Assembly: GCA_030596125.1 (NCBI GenBank)
Contig: JAUVKT010000005.1
Location: forward strand, 1 to 57,773
Direction: 5' to 3'
Origin: Bacteroidales bacterium
GTDB taxonomy: Bacteria > Bacteroidota > Bacteroidia > Bacteroidales > VadinHA17
DNA length: 57,773 nt
Shown one piece after another: positions 25,811 to 36,062 of the stretch (position 1 is its first letter; each line of letters opens with the position of its first letter). The notes under the pieces were generated by a model that searched no databases, had not been told where the DNA came from, and was given only the letters and a program-made list of their open reading frames with translations. The translations under genes and the position numbers were made by a program.

Positions 25811-27577
25811 TTATTTAACGTAATAAACTTCTTCAATGATTTTTATATACTTTTTCTTCAATACATTTCTTTTTAATTTAAGTGTAGGCGACATTTCACC
25901 TGACTCAGGCCCCCATGTGTCGGGAATTAGCCTGAACCTTTTTATCTGCTCATGATCACCAAGAGATTTATTCATCTCGTTTACCTCTTTTGAGAATCTT
26001 GCAATTACATCTTTATTCTGAACCAGATCAACGTTATTTTCATACTGTATCTTGTGTAATGAACACCAGTCATGCACAAATGTGAAATTGGGCATAATGA
26101 TGGCTGATGCAAATTTTTCATTTTCTCCGATGACCATTGCCTGCTCAACAAACAGAGACTCTTTGATCTTGTTTTCTAACATTTGGGGTGCAATATATTT
26201 ACCCGATGAAAGTTTAAATATTTCCTTTTTCCTGTCTGTTATTTTAAGAAACCTGCCTTCCAAAATTGTACCGATATCTCCTGTATGTATCCATCCGTCT
26301 TTCAGTATTTCATCGGTCAGATCAGGTGCTTTATAATAGCCTATCATTGTGTGTGGACCTTTTGTGAGAATCTCACCATCGTTGGCAATTTTAATCTCAA
26401 CACCAGGAATAGCCGGCCCTACAGTTCCAAACCTTACATCCTTAGCTTTGAAAGGGTTAACAGAAATAACCGGAGATGTTTCTGTTAAACCGTAACCTTC
26501 AATAATTGGAAGTCCGGCTGCCCAGAAAATTCGTGCAAGCCTGATTTGAAGGGCAGCACTACCTGAAACCATAAGTTTAACACCACCAAGGGCTGCCTGC
26601 CATTTGCTGAAGATTAATTTTCTGGCTATTTTAAGCTTAAACATGTAAAAAGCACTTTTGCCGGTTAACTCATATCTATTACCAAGGTTAACTGCCCAGA
26701 AGAAAAGTTGCTTTTTTATACCTGTCAGGTTTTTACCTTTGTTTATGATACTGTCATATATTTTTTCCAGAAGCCGGGGTACTGCAGTCATTATTTCCGG
26801 GTTTACCTCTTTTATCAGTTCGGTTATCATACCCATATTTTCGACGTATGAAATACTGATTCCCTTGTAATAGAAATGGTAGTTTACCATTCTTTCATAT
26901 ACATGGCAAAGAGGAAGAAAACTCATTGCTTTGTCACCATACCCAAAAGGATGTATATCATTAATGGATTTAAAGTTGCTAACAAGATTATTGTGTGATA
27001 ACATAACGCCCTTTGGCTGGCCTGTTGTTCCTGATGTATAAATAATAGTAAGCAGGTCTTCGGGTTTAATAGAATCCCCGATCTTCATTACCTCCTCTTT
27101 GAATTTATCTTCGCTTTTCTTTCCCTCTTCAATAAGTTCATCGAATTTTTTCAACCCTTCAACTTCATCAAAGGAATATACATTTTTAATCTCCTTAATA
27201 TTGGCAATAGCATCATTTACCCTCTTGTAAATAGAGCTGTTTGAAACGATAACAACCTGAACTTCGGCATGTCTGAGAATATAATCATACTCCTCAGCTC
27301 CGATAGTCGGGTAGATAGGAACATGTATCATTCCCGCTTTTGCCAGTCCCATATCGACAAAATTCCATTCCGGGCGGTTTCCTGTTATTGTTGCGACTTT
27401 ATCGCCTTTTTTTAATCCAAGCGACATCAAACCGTAACTAACCCAGTTTGAGTAGTCCCTTACATCTTCTGTTGAATAGTCAATCCACTCTTTACCGATC
27501 TTTCCGGAAAGGGCAGCTTTCCTGGGATATTTCTCAATATTCCAGTCAATAATGTCGAATGTTCTTGTTACTTCCAT
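25811..27577 (-). CDS. Long-chain fatty-acid--CoA ligase (AMP-dependent synthetase)
   Basis: IIYTSGTTGQPKGVMLSH, FLPLCHVYER, EGYGLTETSP, HTGDIG, DRKKEIFKLSSGKY and PTLKLKR motifs. Confidence 0.93.
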   Translation of the reverse strand: MEVTRTFDIIDWNIEKYPRKAALSGKIGKEWIDYSTEDVRDYSNWVSYGLMSLGLKKGDKVATITGNRPEWNFVDMGLAKAGMIHVPIYPTIGAEEYDYILRHAEVQVVIVSNSSIYKRVNDAIANIKEIKNVYSFDEVEGLKKFDELIEEGKKSEDKFKEEVMKIGDSIKPEDLLTIIYTSGTTGQPKGVMLSHNNLVSNFKSINDIHPFGYGDKAMSFLPLCHVYERMVNYHFYYKGISISYVENMGMITELIKEVNPEIMTAVPRLLEKIYDSIINKGKNLTGIKKQLFFWAVNLGNRYELTGKSAFYMFKLKIARKLIFSKWQAALGGVKLMVSGSAALQIRLARIFWAAGLPIIEGYGLTETSPVISVNPFKAKDVRFGTVGPAIPGVEIKIANDGEILTKGPHTMIGYYKAPDLTDEILKDGWIHTGDIGTILEGRFLKITDRKKEIFKLSSGKYIAPQMLENKIKESLFVEQAMVIGENEKFASAIIMPNFTFVHDWCSLHKIQYENNVDLVQNKDVIARFSKEVNEMNKSLGDHEQIKRFRLIPDTWGPESGEMSPTLKLKRNVLKKKYIKIIEEVYYVK

Positions 27578-27670
27578 TAGTTCAAATATTTATTTGGGCA
27601 ATTGTACTAATTTTTTTCGAACAAATAAAATTAATTATTCTTCAGAGAATGATTTATGGACTAAGTGATT

Positions 27671-27689
27671 GTATTACAGTGTGTAATAC
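27671..27689. promoter_or_regulatory. Palindromic operator candidate GTATTACA-N3-TGTAATAC
   Basis: Perfect 8-3-8 inverted repeat about 95 bp upstream of the acyl-CoA ligase start. Confidence 0.35.
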
Positions 27690-27749
27690 TGACAGATATA
27701 CAGTAGTGTTTTCGACCGTTTTTAAAAACAGGTCTATGAAACCGTATTC

Positions 27750-30380
27750 TTAAAGGTTATTAACGATTTCTTTTATTTTTTTGAGGGCTGCACCGATACC
27801 TTCCGGATTATTGCCTCCTGCTGTTGCAAGAAATGGTTGTCCACCACCACCACCGTTTATCTCCCTGGCTGCCTCCCTGATTATTGTACCTGCATTCAGC
27901 TTTCTATCCCTTATCAGATCGTCACTGACCATAACTACCAGATTGGCTTTCCCATTCTGTTCAGTTCCTGCTGCAAAAAGTACACTTTCACCTGTTTCGC
28001 GTACTCTGGATGCGATTGATTTCAGCATATCAACAGAGGTAGCTTTAATATGGCCGGTTACTACGGTGATACCATTAATTACCTCACTTCGTTCCATCAG
28101 TTGAGTTTTAAAGATCAAAGCCGCTTCGGCTTCCAACTGTTCTACTGTTTTTTTTAAAGTTGAATTCTCAGAAATAAGTCTGCTTACAGCATCAGGAAGG
28201 TTTCCTGCCGGTCCTACTAATTCTTTTATCTTTTCAAGTGTATCGAGTTTATTACCAAGGTATTCAAATGCCGTTGCAGATGTAATAGCTTCAATTCTTC
28301 TTACTCCGGCAGCAACACCACTTTCTGAAATAATTTTAAAAAGACCGATATTCCCGGTTGATTTGACATGTGTTCCTCCGCACAGTTCAACAGATTTCCC
28401 AAATGTGATAACTCTGACCCTGTTGTCATATTTTTCCCCAAACAGCGCTATGGCACCTTTATCAAGAGCCTCTTCCATAGATATATTATTAAGTATATCG
28501 GCAGATAAATCTTCCCTGATCATACTGTTTACCAGTTTTTCTATGTTTTTCAGCTCCCCGGGGGTTAATTTTTGAAAGTGGCTGAAGTCAAATCTTAATT
28601 TCTCATGGTTAACAAGCGAACCTTTCTGTTCGACATGGGTGCCCAGAACTTCACGGAGTGCATAATGGAGCAGATGTGTTGCACTGTGGTTATATGCAGT
28701 ATAGTGCCTTTTCTGCCTGTCTGCAATTGCAGTAAACCCGGCTTTCGGCTCAACCGGAATTTTGTGTGTAATATGTAAGTTGAGGTTATTCTCTTTAATA
28801 GTATCGGTAACCGGTATCTTTTCAGAATCATTGAATATATATCCTGTATCACCTGCCTGTCCACCCGACTCTGCATAGAAAGGGCTGCTGTTAAAAACTA
28901 ACTGGTAAATATCTTTTCCTTTTGTTCTGACTTTCCTGTATTTGGTTATCTCTATGTTACCTGTAGTATCTTCGTAACCGGTAAATACAAATGAAGTATC
29001 ATCTTTTAGTATGATCCATTCTTCTGTCTCCTTAATAGCATCAGCTCTGGATCTGTCTCTCTGTTTTTTCATTTCCTGCTCAAATGCTGCAATATCTACC
29101 TCTATCTTATTTTCTTTCAGAATAAGCTGAGTAAGATCGAGGGGAAACCCGTATGTGTCGTAGAGTGTAAATGCATCAGATCCGTTAAAAATTCGATTTT
29201 TACTTTTTTTAAGTTCAGTGAGTTTCTTCTCAATCAGTTTTATCCCTTTCCCAAGAGTGTTAAGAAATGTTTTTTCTTCCTGAAGTATTACCTGGGTTAT
29301 ATGTTTTTCCTGGTGGCTTAATTCGCTGAATGTATCTCCCATAATGTTAATCAATACAGGAACAAGTTTGTAGATAAAAGGATCATTGCAGGACAGGTAG
29401 GTGTAGCCATATCTGATTGCCCGCCTGAGGATTCTACGGATCACATAGCCAGCTTTATTATTTGACGGCATTTGCCCGTCTGCAATAGAAAACGAAACAG
29501 CCCTGAGATGATCGGCCACAACCCTCATAGCTATATCACTGTCATTCTTTTTTCCATAGGTTAATCCGGTTATAGCCGCAATCTCTTTAATGATGGTTTG
29601 AAAAACATCAGTGTCATAACTTGAAGTTTTACCCTGCGTAACCATACATAGTCTTTCGAAGCCCATCCCTGTGTCAACATGCTTCTGTGGCAGAAGTTCC
29701 AGGGCTCCATCCTGTTTCCTGTTGTACTGAATAAAAACCAGGTTCCATATCTCAATAACCAGAGGATGATCTTTGTTAACGAGTTGATGACCCGGGGTAG
29801 CGGCCCTTTCGTTATCGCTTCGCATGTCAATATGTATCTCAGAACATGGTCCGCACGGACCGGTATCTCCCATTTCCCAGAAGTTATCTTTTTTTGATCC
29901 GTTTATTATCCTGTTTTCGGGATCATTAAAACACTTTCCCCAGTATCCTGCAGATTCGTCATCCCTTTCAATATCTTCATCTTTGTTCCCTTCAAAAACC
30001 GTTACATAAATTCTATCGGCTGGAATATTCAATGCTGAGGTCAGAAATTCCCAACCCCATTCAATAGCCTCTTTTTTAAAGTAATCTCCGAAAGACCAGT
30101 TTCCCAACATTTCAAACATGGTATGATGGTATGTATCGTGTCCGACTTCTTCAAGATCATTATGTTTGCCAGACACCCTTAAACATTTCTGAGTATTTGC
30201 AACACGTTTATATTCAGCGGCTTGGTGTCCAAGGAAAATGTCTTTAAACTGGTTCATACCTGCATTTGTGAACATCAGGGTTGGATCATTCTTTATGATC
30301 ATAGGCGCTGATGATACAATCTGGTGATGTTTTGATTTAAAGAAATTAAAAAAAGCCTCTCTTAGTTCTTTTGAGTTCAT
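27750..30380 (-). CDS. alaS: Alanine--tRNA ligase
   Basis: DPTLMFTNAGMNQFK, HHTMFEMLGNWSFGDYFK, GPCGPCSE, DTGMGFER, editing motifs HSATH and ELCGGTH, and GGGGG C-Ala domain. Confidence 0.99.
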   Translation of the reverse strand: MNSKELREAFFNFFKSKHHQIVSSAPMIIKNDPTLMFTNAGMNQFKDIFLGHQAAEYKRVANTQKCLRVSGKHNDLEEVGHDTYHHTMFEMLGNWSFGDYFKKEAIEWGWEFLTSALNIPADRIYVTVFEGNKDEDIERDDESAGYWGKCFNDPENRIINGSKKDNFWEMGDTGPCGPCSEIHIDMRSDNERAATPGHQLVNKDHPLVIEIWNLVFIQYNRKQDGALELLPQKHVDTGMGFERLCMVTQGKTSSYDTDVFQTIIKEIAAITGLTYGKKNDSDIAMRVVADHLRAVSFSIADGQMPSNNKAGYVIRRILRRAIRYGYTYLSCNDPFIYKLVPVLINIMGDTFSELSHQEKHITQVILQEEKTFLNTLGKGIKLIEKKLTELKKSKNRIFNGSDAFTLYDTYGFPLDLTQLILKENKIEVDIAAFEQEMKKQRDRSRADAIKETEEWIILKDDTSFVFTGYEDTTGNIEITKYRKVRTKGKDIYQLVFNSSPFYAESGGQAGDTGYIFNDSEKIPVTDTIKENNLNLHITHKIPVEPKAGFTAIADRQKRHYTAYNHSATHLLHYALREVLGTHVEQKGSLVNHEKLRFDFSHFQKLTPGELKNIEKLVNSMIREDLSADILNNISMEEALDKGAIALFGEKYDNRVRVITFGKSVELCGGTHVKSTGNIGLFKIISESGVAAGVRRIEAITSATAFEYLGNKLDTLEKIKELVGPAGNLPDAVSRLISENSTLKKTVEQLEAEAALIFKTQLMERSEVINGITVVTGHIKATSVDMLKSIASRVRETGESVLFAAGTEQNGKANLVVMVSDDLIRDRKLNAGTIIREAAREINGGGGGQPFLATAGGNNPEGIGAALKKIKEIVNNL

Positions 30381-30441
30381 AGTAATCGTACTTCTGTGAT
30401 AATGATCTGTTAAGTGGTTTGTAAAATTAGTTTATTTAATT

Positions 30442-30449
30442 TAAATTTG
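30442..30449 (+). promoter_or_regulatory. -7 box (TAAATTTG) for the first M23 gene
   Basis: TAnnTTTG match inside the 5' extension of ORF 30414, which implies a later start. Confidence 0.5.
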
Positions 30450-30482
30450 CTTCCCAAGTCGTTAAAAAACCAGATTAAAACC

Positions 30483-31445
30483 TTGATATTAAGGAAGAAA
30501 TATTTACTAGATAAGGAAAAATTACTTTACAGGCAGGTAAGACTAAGCTTCAGGGAAAAATTGGTAAGAATATTTTTCGGATTAGTCTTGTCCCTTGTAT
30601 TGGCAACCTTTTATGGCATAGGTTTTAAGAATCTGTTTGGATCACCCAAAGAGAAAATGCTGGAGGCTCAGGTAGAAGAGTTGAGATACAAGTACTCTCT
30701 GCTTGTGGAAGATTTTAATATCATTGATAAGAGTCTTGTTGGGATTGTCGGTGCTGAGGATAATATTTTCAGGCCGGTACTGGATATGGAGACACTTACT
30801 GAGTCATTCAGGCAGACCGGAGCAGGGGGGTCAAAAAAATATGAGGAGCTTGAGGGATATGAGAATTCAGCAATTATGATTTCTGCTACCCGCTATCTGG
30901 ATGAACTGATAAGACGAACCTATGTGCAATCAAAATCGTTCGAGGAGATCATTCCGGTAGCTGAAGACTGGAAGAACAGGATTGAGCATATCCCCTATAT
31001 TCGGCCTGTTAATGTAACAATACCCCTTGGAGATGGAATTAAGTTCAGGAATCATCCTGTACTTGGAATTTCCAGATGGCATTATGGTCAGGATTTTTCA
31101 GCCCCGCCGGGGACAAAGGTATATGCCACAGGATCGGGTCTGATTACTAAAGCAGCGTGGACACCTTATGGGTTTGGTAATCGTGTTGAAATTAACCATG
31201 GGTATGGGTTTAAGACAATTTATGGACATTTAAGCGGGTTTAATGTTGAGACCGGACAGGAGGTTCAAAGAGGTGATCTGATCGGCCTGTCAGGAAGTAC
31301 CGGCGTCTCTTCCGGTCCGCATTTGCATTACGAGATACATTATAATGGAAAAGTTCAGAATCCGCTTTATTTCTTTGACGACAACATTACCATGACAGAG
31401 TATAACAGTATGATAAATGCTCTTATCTGTGATACCCTTCGTTAA
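30483..31445 (+). CDS. M23 family metallopeptidase, paralogue 1 (N-terminal TM + coiled coil)
   Basis: HYGQDF (HxxxD), YGHL and GPHLHYE motifs. Start uncertain; TTG 30483 chosen by alignment with paralogue 2 and the promoter position. Confidence 0.88.
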   Translation: MILRKKYLLDKEKLLYRQVRLSFREKLVRIFFGLVLSLVLATFYGIGFKNLFGSPKEKMLEAQVEELRYKYSLLVEDFNIIDKSLVGIVGAEDNIFRPVLDMETLTESFRQTGAGGSKKYEELEGYENSAIMISATRYLDELIRRTYVQSKSFEEIIPVAEDWKNRIEHIPYIRPVNVTIPLGDGIKFRNHPVLGISRWHYGQDFSAPPGTKVYATGSGLITKAAWTPYGFGNRVEINHGYGFKTIYGHLSGFNVETGQEVQRGDLIGLSGSTGVSSGPHLHYEIHYNGKVQNPLYFFDDNITMTEYNSMINALICDTLR

Positions 31446-31518
31446 ACATTCGTTAATTTATTATGTTAATTTGTTGATAAGTGTGTAATTATCAGATATG
31501 TTATTTATAAATTAGTAC

Positions 31519-31526
31519 TATATTTG
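31519..31526 (+). promoter_or_regulatory. -7 box (TATATTTG)
   Basis: Exact match about 20 bp upstream of ATG 31547. Confidence 0.6.
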
Positions 31527-31546
31527 CCTCGATTGCAGATAATATT

Positions 31547-32518
31547 ATGGCAAAAACAAAATATAAGTATAACCCTGATTCACTAAGTTTTGACAGGATA
31601 CGACTTAGCTATCGTGAGCGGTTTTTACGTTTCCTTGCCTATTTTGTCGGATCGCTGCTCCTTGCAGGTCTCTATGGAGGTATCTTTACCTACCTGATTG
31701 ACTCTCCAAAGGAGAAAGCCCTGAAACGTGAAATCTCGCAACTGGATTTACAGTATGAACTTATGAATCGTGAGATGAACAAGGTTGAAAAAGTATTATT
31801 GCATCTCCAGGAGACAGATGATAATCTTTATCGTACGATTTTTGAGGCAGAGCCAATCTCTACATCACTCAGAGAGGGAGGTATTGGGGGTGTTAACAGG
31901 TATAAAGAGCTGGAGGGGTATAAAAATTCCACTGTTGTGATTGAAACAGCTTCGAGGCTGGATAAAATATTGAAAAAAGTTTATGTTCAGTCAAAATCAT
32001 TTGACGACCTGATTATACTTGCAAGCGAAAAAGAGGATATGCTGAGAAGAATACCTGCTATTATGCCTATCAGCAACAAAGATCTTAAAAGGACTGCTTC
32101 GGGATGGGGGTACAGAATTCATCCAATATATAAAATAAGGAAGTTTCATTATGGTATGGATTTTACCGCTCCTACTGGCACGGATATTTATGCTACCGGT
32201 GACGGGAAAATATACCGTGTAATATCATCGCAGAGAGGACTTGGAAAACATATTATTATTGATCATGGATATGGCTATTCGACTGTTTATGCCCATATGA
32301 ACGGTTTTAATGTCCGAAAAGGTCAGAAAGTTAAAAGGGGAGATGTAATAGGCTTTGTAGGAAGTACAGGTTTGTCTACAGCACCCCACCTGCATTATGA
32401 GGTAAAACTTAATGGCAAACACATCGATCCGGCTAACTATTTTTTCAATGATCTTACTCCCGACGAGTATGACAGGATGATTATTTTAGCAATGAAGAGC
32501 GGACAATCATTTGATTAA
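31547..32518 (+). CDS. M23 family metallopeptidase, paralogue 2
   Basis: R.HPIYK..KFHYGMDF, YAHM and APHLHYEV motifs; typical alaS-M23-MerR context. Confidence 0.93.
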   Translation: MAKTKYKYNPDSLSFDRIRLSYRERFLRFLAYFVGSLLLAGLYGGIFTYLIDSPKEKALKREISQLDLQYELMNREMNKVEKVLLHLQETDDNLYRTIFEAEPISTSLREGGIGGVNRYKELEGYKNSTVVIETASRLDKILKKVYVQSKSFDDLIILASEKEDMLRRIPAIMPISNKDLKRTASGWGYRIHPIYKIRKFHYGMDFTAPTGTDIYATGDGKIYRVISSQRGLGKHIIIDHGYGYSTVYAHMNGFNVRKGQKVKRGDVIGFVGSTGLSTAPHLHYEVKLNGKHIDPANYFFNDLTPDEYDRMIILAMKSGQSFD

Positions 32519-32532
32519 AATAATATCTCTTA

Positions 32533-33615
32533 ATGCATCACCTCCTGCTTGCCAGATCAATTATTATTATTCTATTATTATCAGTTCTTCTGCCATTTTC
32601 TTTTGGGCAGGGAAGTGATATTGATACGCTGAATAGTGAGAAAGAGATTGTGATTACCGCTGTCGGGGATATAATGTTAGGCACTGCTTTTCCGTCTGGT
32701 GAATATCTTCCGCCTTATGATAACCCTTATCCCCTTATGGAGTCAGTATTCCCGCTTCTGGATGGTTCGGATATTCTGTTTGGCAACCTGGAGGGACCCT
32801 TTTCAGGAGACGAGAAACTGGTGAAAAGATGCAGGGATACTACCAAATGCTATGCATTCAGGATGCCTGAACATTATGCTGCAGTACTTGATTCTGCAGG
32901 TTTCAATATATTAAGCCTTGCCAATAATCATATAATGGATTTTGGATCAGAAGGGCTGAATAATACGGCAAGGATACTCGACTCCCTTGATATTAAATTT
33001 GCCGGTCCGGATAAATATCCGTTTTCAATATTTACAATTGATTCGGTGAAATATGGATTTTGTGCTTTCTCCCCCAACAAAGGGACACTTAACATTACCG
33101 ATACCATTTTGGCCAAAAAGGTTGTAAGAATGCTTGATGACACATGTGATATTGTAATAGTTTCATTTCATGGTGGAGCAGAAGGGGCAGAGCATCAGTA
33201 TGTCACACGTAAGGAGGAGTTATTCTACGGAGAGAATCGCGGTAATGTTTACAGGTTTGCCCATATGGTTATCGATAATGGTGCAGATGTTGTATTAGGC
33301 CATGGTCCGCATGTGACCCGGGCAATTGAAGTATACCGCGACAGATTTATCGCTTACAGCCTTGGTAATTTCTGTACTTACAGGAGATTCAATATTTCAG
33401 GGCCAAACGGGTATGCCCCGGTGATTAAGGTAAATACCAATATATTTGGTAAATTTATAAAAGCATTAGTATTGCCTGTTTATCATAATAGTTACGGGCA
33501 TGTTAAATCCGATCCGAACAGAAGAGCAATAATCAGGTTACAGCAACTTGTTATATCGGATTTCCCTGAGTCGGTAGTGTTAATTACAGATGACGGATTG
33601 ATTAAATTAAAATGA
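32533..33615 (+). CDS. CapA/PGA_cap family metallophosphoesterase-fold protein
   Basis: Signal peptide; VGDIMLG, GNLEG, LANNHIMDFG, FHGGAE, GHGPHV and YSLGNF motifs. Confidence 0.9.
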   Translation: MHHLLLARSIIIILLLSVLLPFSFGQGSDIDTLNSEKEIVITAVGDIMLGTAFPSGEYLPPYDNPYPLMESVFPLLDGSDILFGNLEGPFSGDEKLVKRCRDTTKCYAFRMPEHYAAVLDSAGFNILSLANNHIMDFGSEGLNNTARILDSLDIKFAGPDKYPFSIFTIDSVKYGFCAFSPNKGTLNITDTILAKKVVRMLDDTCDIVIVSFHGGAEGAEHQYVTRKEELFYGENRGNVYRFAHMVIDNGADVVLGHGPHVTRAIEVYRDRFIAYSLGNFCTYRRFNISGPNGYAPVIKVNTNIFGKFIKALVLPVYHNSYGHVKSDPNRRAIIRLQQLVISDFPESVVLITDDGLIKLK

Positions 33616-33620
33616 TAATT

Positions 33621-33956
33621 ATGAGCGGACATGAAGAGAAAAGAGAAAAACTTTTTTATTCTATCGGTGAAGTAGCTGACATGCTGGGAGAACAAACCTC
33701 TGCTGTAAGATACTGGGAGAAGGAGTTTGATATTATCAAACCTCGAAAAAATAAGAAAGGTAACAGACTTTTTACTCCGTCAGATGTAGATAATCTTAAG
33801 ATAATACATTACCTGTTAAAGAAAAGGGGCATGACAATTGCCGGTGTGAAAAAGAAAATGTCAGATAATCCTCAGGATGTCAGAAATAATCATAAAGTGA
33901 TTGAATCATTGCAACGTATAAAGGATACACTGATAGATATCAGGGATAACAGGTAA
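33621..33956 (+). CDS. MerR-family HTH protein
   Basis: KLFYSIGEVA, VRYWEKEF, P.KNKKGNRLFT and GMTI.G motifs. Start at 33612 or 33621. Confidence 0.9.
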   Translation: MSGHEEKREKLFYSIGEVADMLGEQTSAVRYWEKEFDIIKPRKNKKGNRLFTPSDVDNLKIIHYLLKKRGMTIAGVKKKMSDNPQDVRNNHKVIESLQRIKDTLIDIRDNR

Positions 33957-33966
33957 AAAACAGATT

Positions 33967-35061
33967 ATGACAGTAGAAGAAATTTCAGGACATCTTTCGT
34001 CGGTAATCCCTGTTTCATACAAGGAGCCATATGATAATACAGGTCTTATTGTTGGAGATCCCGGGTGTGAGATCGATAATCTTATCCTTTCCGTTGATGT
34101 GACCGATGAGGTAATGGATGAGGCTATTAAATCGGGTGCAGGCATGATCGTCTCACACCATCCTCTGATTTTCGGCGGACTTAAGAAGCTGACAGGGTCG
34201 TCATTTGTCGAAAGAATTGTAACAAAGGCTATTAAGAATGATATAGCATTGTATGCTGCACACACTAATCTTGATGTAATACCCGGAGGAGTTAGTTACA
34301 GGATGGCAAAAAAGTTAAACCTTAAGAATGTTACTCCCCTGGTGCCTATGGAAGGGAATCTTGTTAAGATAATAGTTTTTGTTCCTGAATCAGATGCAGA
34401 GAAAGTAAGAAATGCCATGTTTAATGCCGGTGGCGGTACAATTGGTAATTATGATCACTGTAGTTTCAACTCTGATGGTTATGGCACATTCAGGGCAGGA
34501 GAGGGGACAAACCCATATACGGGAATCATTGGCCTGGATCACCAGGAGAAAGAGGTGCGTATCGAAATGATAGTTCCTGATCACCATAAATCCGGAGTCC
34601 TGCAGGCAATGACAGGCGCTCACCCCTACGAAGAGGTCGCATATGATATTTACCGCCTCGAAAATCTGATGCCCGGGGCCGGCATGGGTGTTATTGGTGA
34701 TTTAAATGAACCTATGGATGAAAAACCCTTTATTGAATCCCTGGTATCTGTATTTGATTCAGCAGGATTGAAGCATAGTAATTTTACCGGTGAAAAAATT
34801 TCCAGAGTGGCACTTTGTGGTGGTTCGGGAGCCTCCCTGATAAAGGATGCTCTACGATCTGACGCAAATATATTTGTAACAGCCGATGTTAAATACCACT
34901 CCTTTTTTGATGCAGATGGTAGAATGGTTATAGCAGATATCGGACACTATGAAAGTGAGAAATTTGCACTTGAAATTTTATATGAAATAATTACAAAAAA
35001 ATTCCCTAAATTTGCAATCCGATTTTCTAAAGTAAATACAAATCCGGTAAACTATTTTTAA
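33967..35061 (+). CDS. Nif3-like dinuclear metal centre protein (YqfO-type, with PII-like insert)
   Basis: YDNTGL.VG, SHHPLIF, HTNLD, AHPYEEVAYD, D.KYH and GHYESE motifs. Confidence 0.95.
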   Translation: MTVEEISGHLSSVIPVSYKEPYDNTGLIVGDPGCEIDNLILSVDVTDEVMDEAIKSGAGMIVSHHPLIFGGLKKLTGSSFVERIVTKAIKNDIALYAAHTNLDVIPGGVSYRMAKKLNLKNVTPLVPMEGNLVKIIVFVPESDAEKVRNAMFNAGGGTIGNYDHCSFNSDGYGTFRAGEGTNPYTGIIGLDHQEKEVRIEMIVPDHHKSGVLQAMTGAHPYEEVAYDIYRLENLMPGAGMGVIGDLNEPMDEKPFIESLVSVFDSAGLKHSNFTGEKISRVALCGGSGASLIKDALRSDANIFVTADVKYHSFFDADGRMVIADIGHYESEKFALEILYEIITKKFPKFAIRFSKVNTNPVNYF

Positions 35062-35063
35062 GC

Positions 35064-35828
35064 ATGGCAAAAGTAAAAGCAAAGGTGAGCGAAAAAGAGA
35101 TGACCGTTGAGGAGAAGCTTCAAACTTTATTTAAACTTCAACTAGTAGATTCAGAGATAGATAAGATAAGAGTATTAAGAGGAGAACTGCCTCTTGAAGT
35201 CCAGGACCTGGAGGATGAAGTTGCAGGGTTAGAAACCCGAATTAATAAGTTGCAGGAGGAGACTAATGATATTGAGGGTGCTATATCAAAAAAGAATAAC
35301 GAAATAGTTGATTCGCTGGAGTCGATCAAAAAGTATGAGGATCAACAGAATAATGTCAGGAATAACCGGGAATATGACTCTCTTTCTAAGGAGATAGAAT
35401 ACCAGACCCTTGAGATTGAACTTTGTAATAAGAGGATAAAAGAGTTTACAGCCCGTAAAGAGGAGAAAGACAAAATCTTTAATGAGTCCAAAGGATCATT
35501 CGATGAGATGAAGGATGACCTTGGTACTAAAAAATCTGAACTTGATTCTATAGTTGCAGATACAAAAAAAGAGGAAGAGGTACTTATAAAGAAATCTGAA
35601 GGGATTGAGAGAATAATCGAGGAGCGACTTGTAACAGCATATAAAAAAATCAGGCAAAATGCCCGAAACGGACTCGCAATAGTTCCTGTCCAGAGAGATG
35701 CCTGTGGGGGTTGTTTTAACCAGATCCCACCACAGCGTCAACTGGATATTAAATCTAGAAAAAAGATCATTGTTTGTGAATATTGCGGTAGAATACTTGT
35801 TGACGATGAAATTATTGGCGAAGAATAA
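35064..35828 (+). CDS. Coiled-coil + C4 zinc-ribbon protein (DUF164/CT398-like)
   Basis: Long coiled coil; ACGGCF..IPPQ and CEYCGRIL motifs; canonical partner of Nif3. An internal -7 box TAAATTTG lies at 35007-35014. Confidence 0.92.
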   Translation: MAKVKAKVSEKEMTVEEKLQTLFKLQLVDSEIDKIRVLRGELPLEVQDLEDEVAGLETRINKLQEETNDIEGAISKKNNEIVDSLESIKKYEDQQNNVRNNREYDSLSKEIEYQTLEIELCNKRIKEFTARKEEKDKIFNESKGSFDEMKDDLGTKKSELDSIVADTKKEEEVLIKKSEGIERIIEERLVTAYKKIRQNARNGLAIVPVQRDACGGCFNQIPPQRQLDIKSRKKIIVCEYCGRILVDDEIIGEE

Positions 35829-35849
35829 ACTTATATAGTATTACTCCAC

Positions 35850-35880
35850 AAAGGGCTGCCATCTGTTGGGGCCCTTTTTT
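35850..35880 (+). terminator. Intrinsic terminator of the M23...zinc-ribbon operon
   Basis: AAAGGGCT...GGCCCTTTTTT hairpin with T-tract. Confidence 0.7.
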
Positions 35881-35895
35881 ATTAGAAGGCAGTCG

Positions 35896-35937
35896 GCCCT
35901 CCTTCGCTCTCCACTTCGTTTCAAGCTTCGGAAGGGC
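35896..35937 (-). repeat. Dispersed 42-bp REP-like core, copy 3
   Basis: Exact reverse complement of copy 1. Confidence 0.95.
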
Positions 35938-35940
35938 AAA

Positions 35941-36046
35941 GCAGTCAGCAGTCTTCAATCTTAAAACTTTAGTCACTTTTAACTTTAGTCACTTTAGTTC
36001 ACTTTAGTCACTTCTTCATTTAGTCACTTCTAACTTTAGCTCACTT
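35941..36046 (-). repeat. CAGTC-type heptamers followed by an ACTTTAGTC-type 7-10-mer array
   Basis: + strand ACTTTAGTC ACTTTTA ACTTTAGTC ACTTTAGTTC ACTTTAGTC...; same unit family as 19189-19225, in the opposite orientation. Confidence 0.85.
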
Positions 36047-36062
36047 ATAACTTCTTTTCAAC

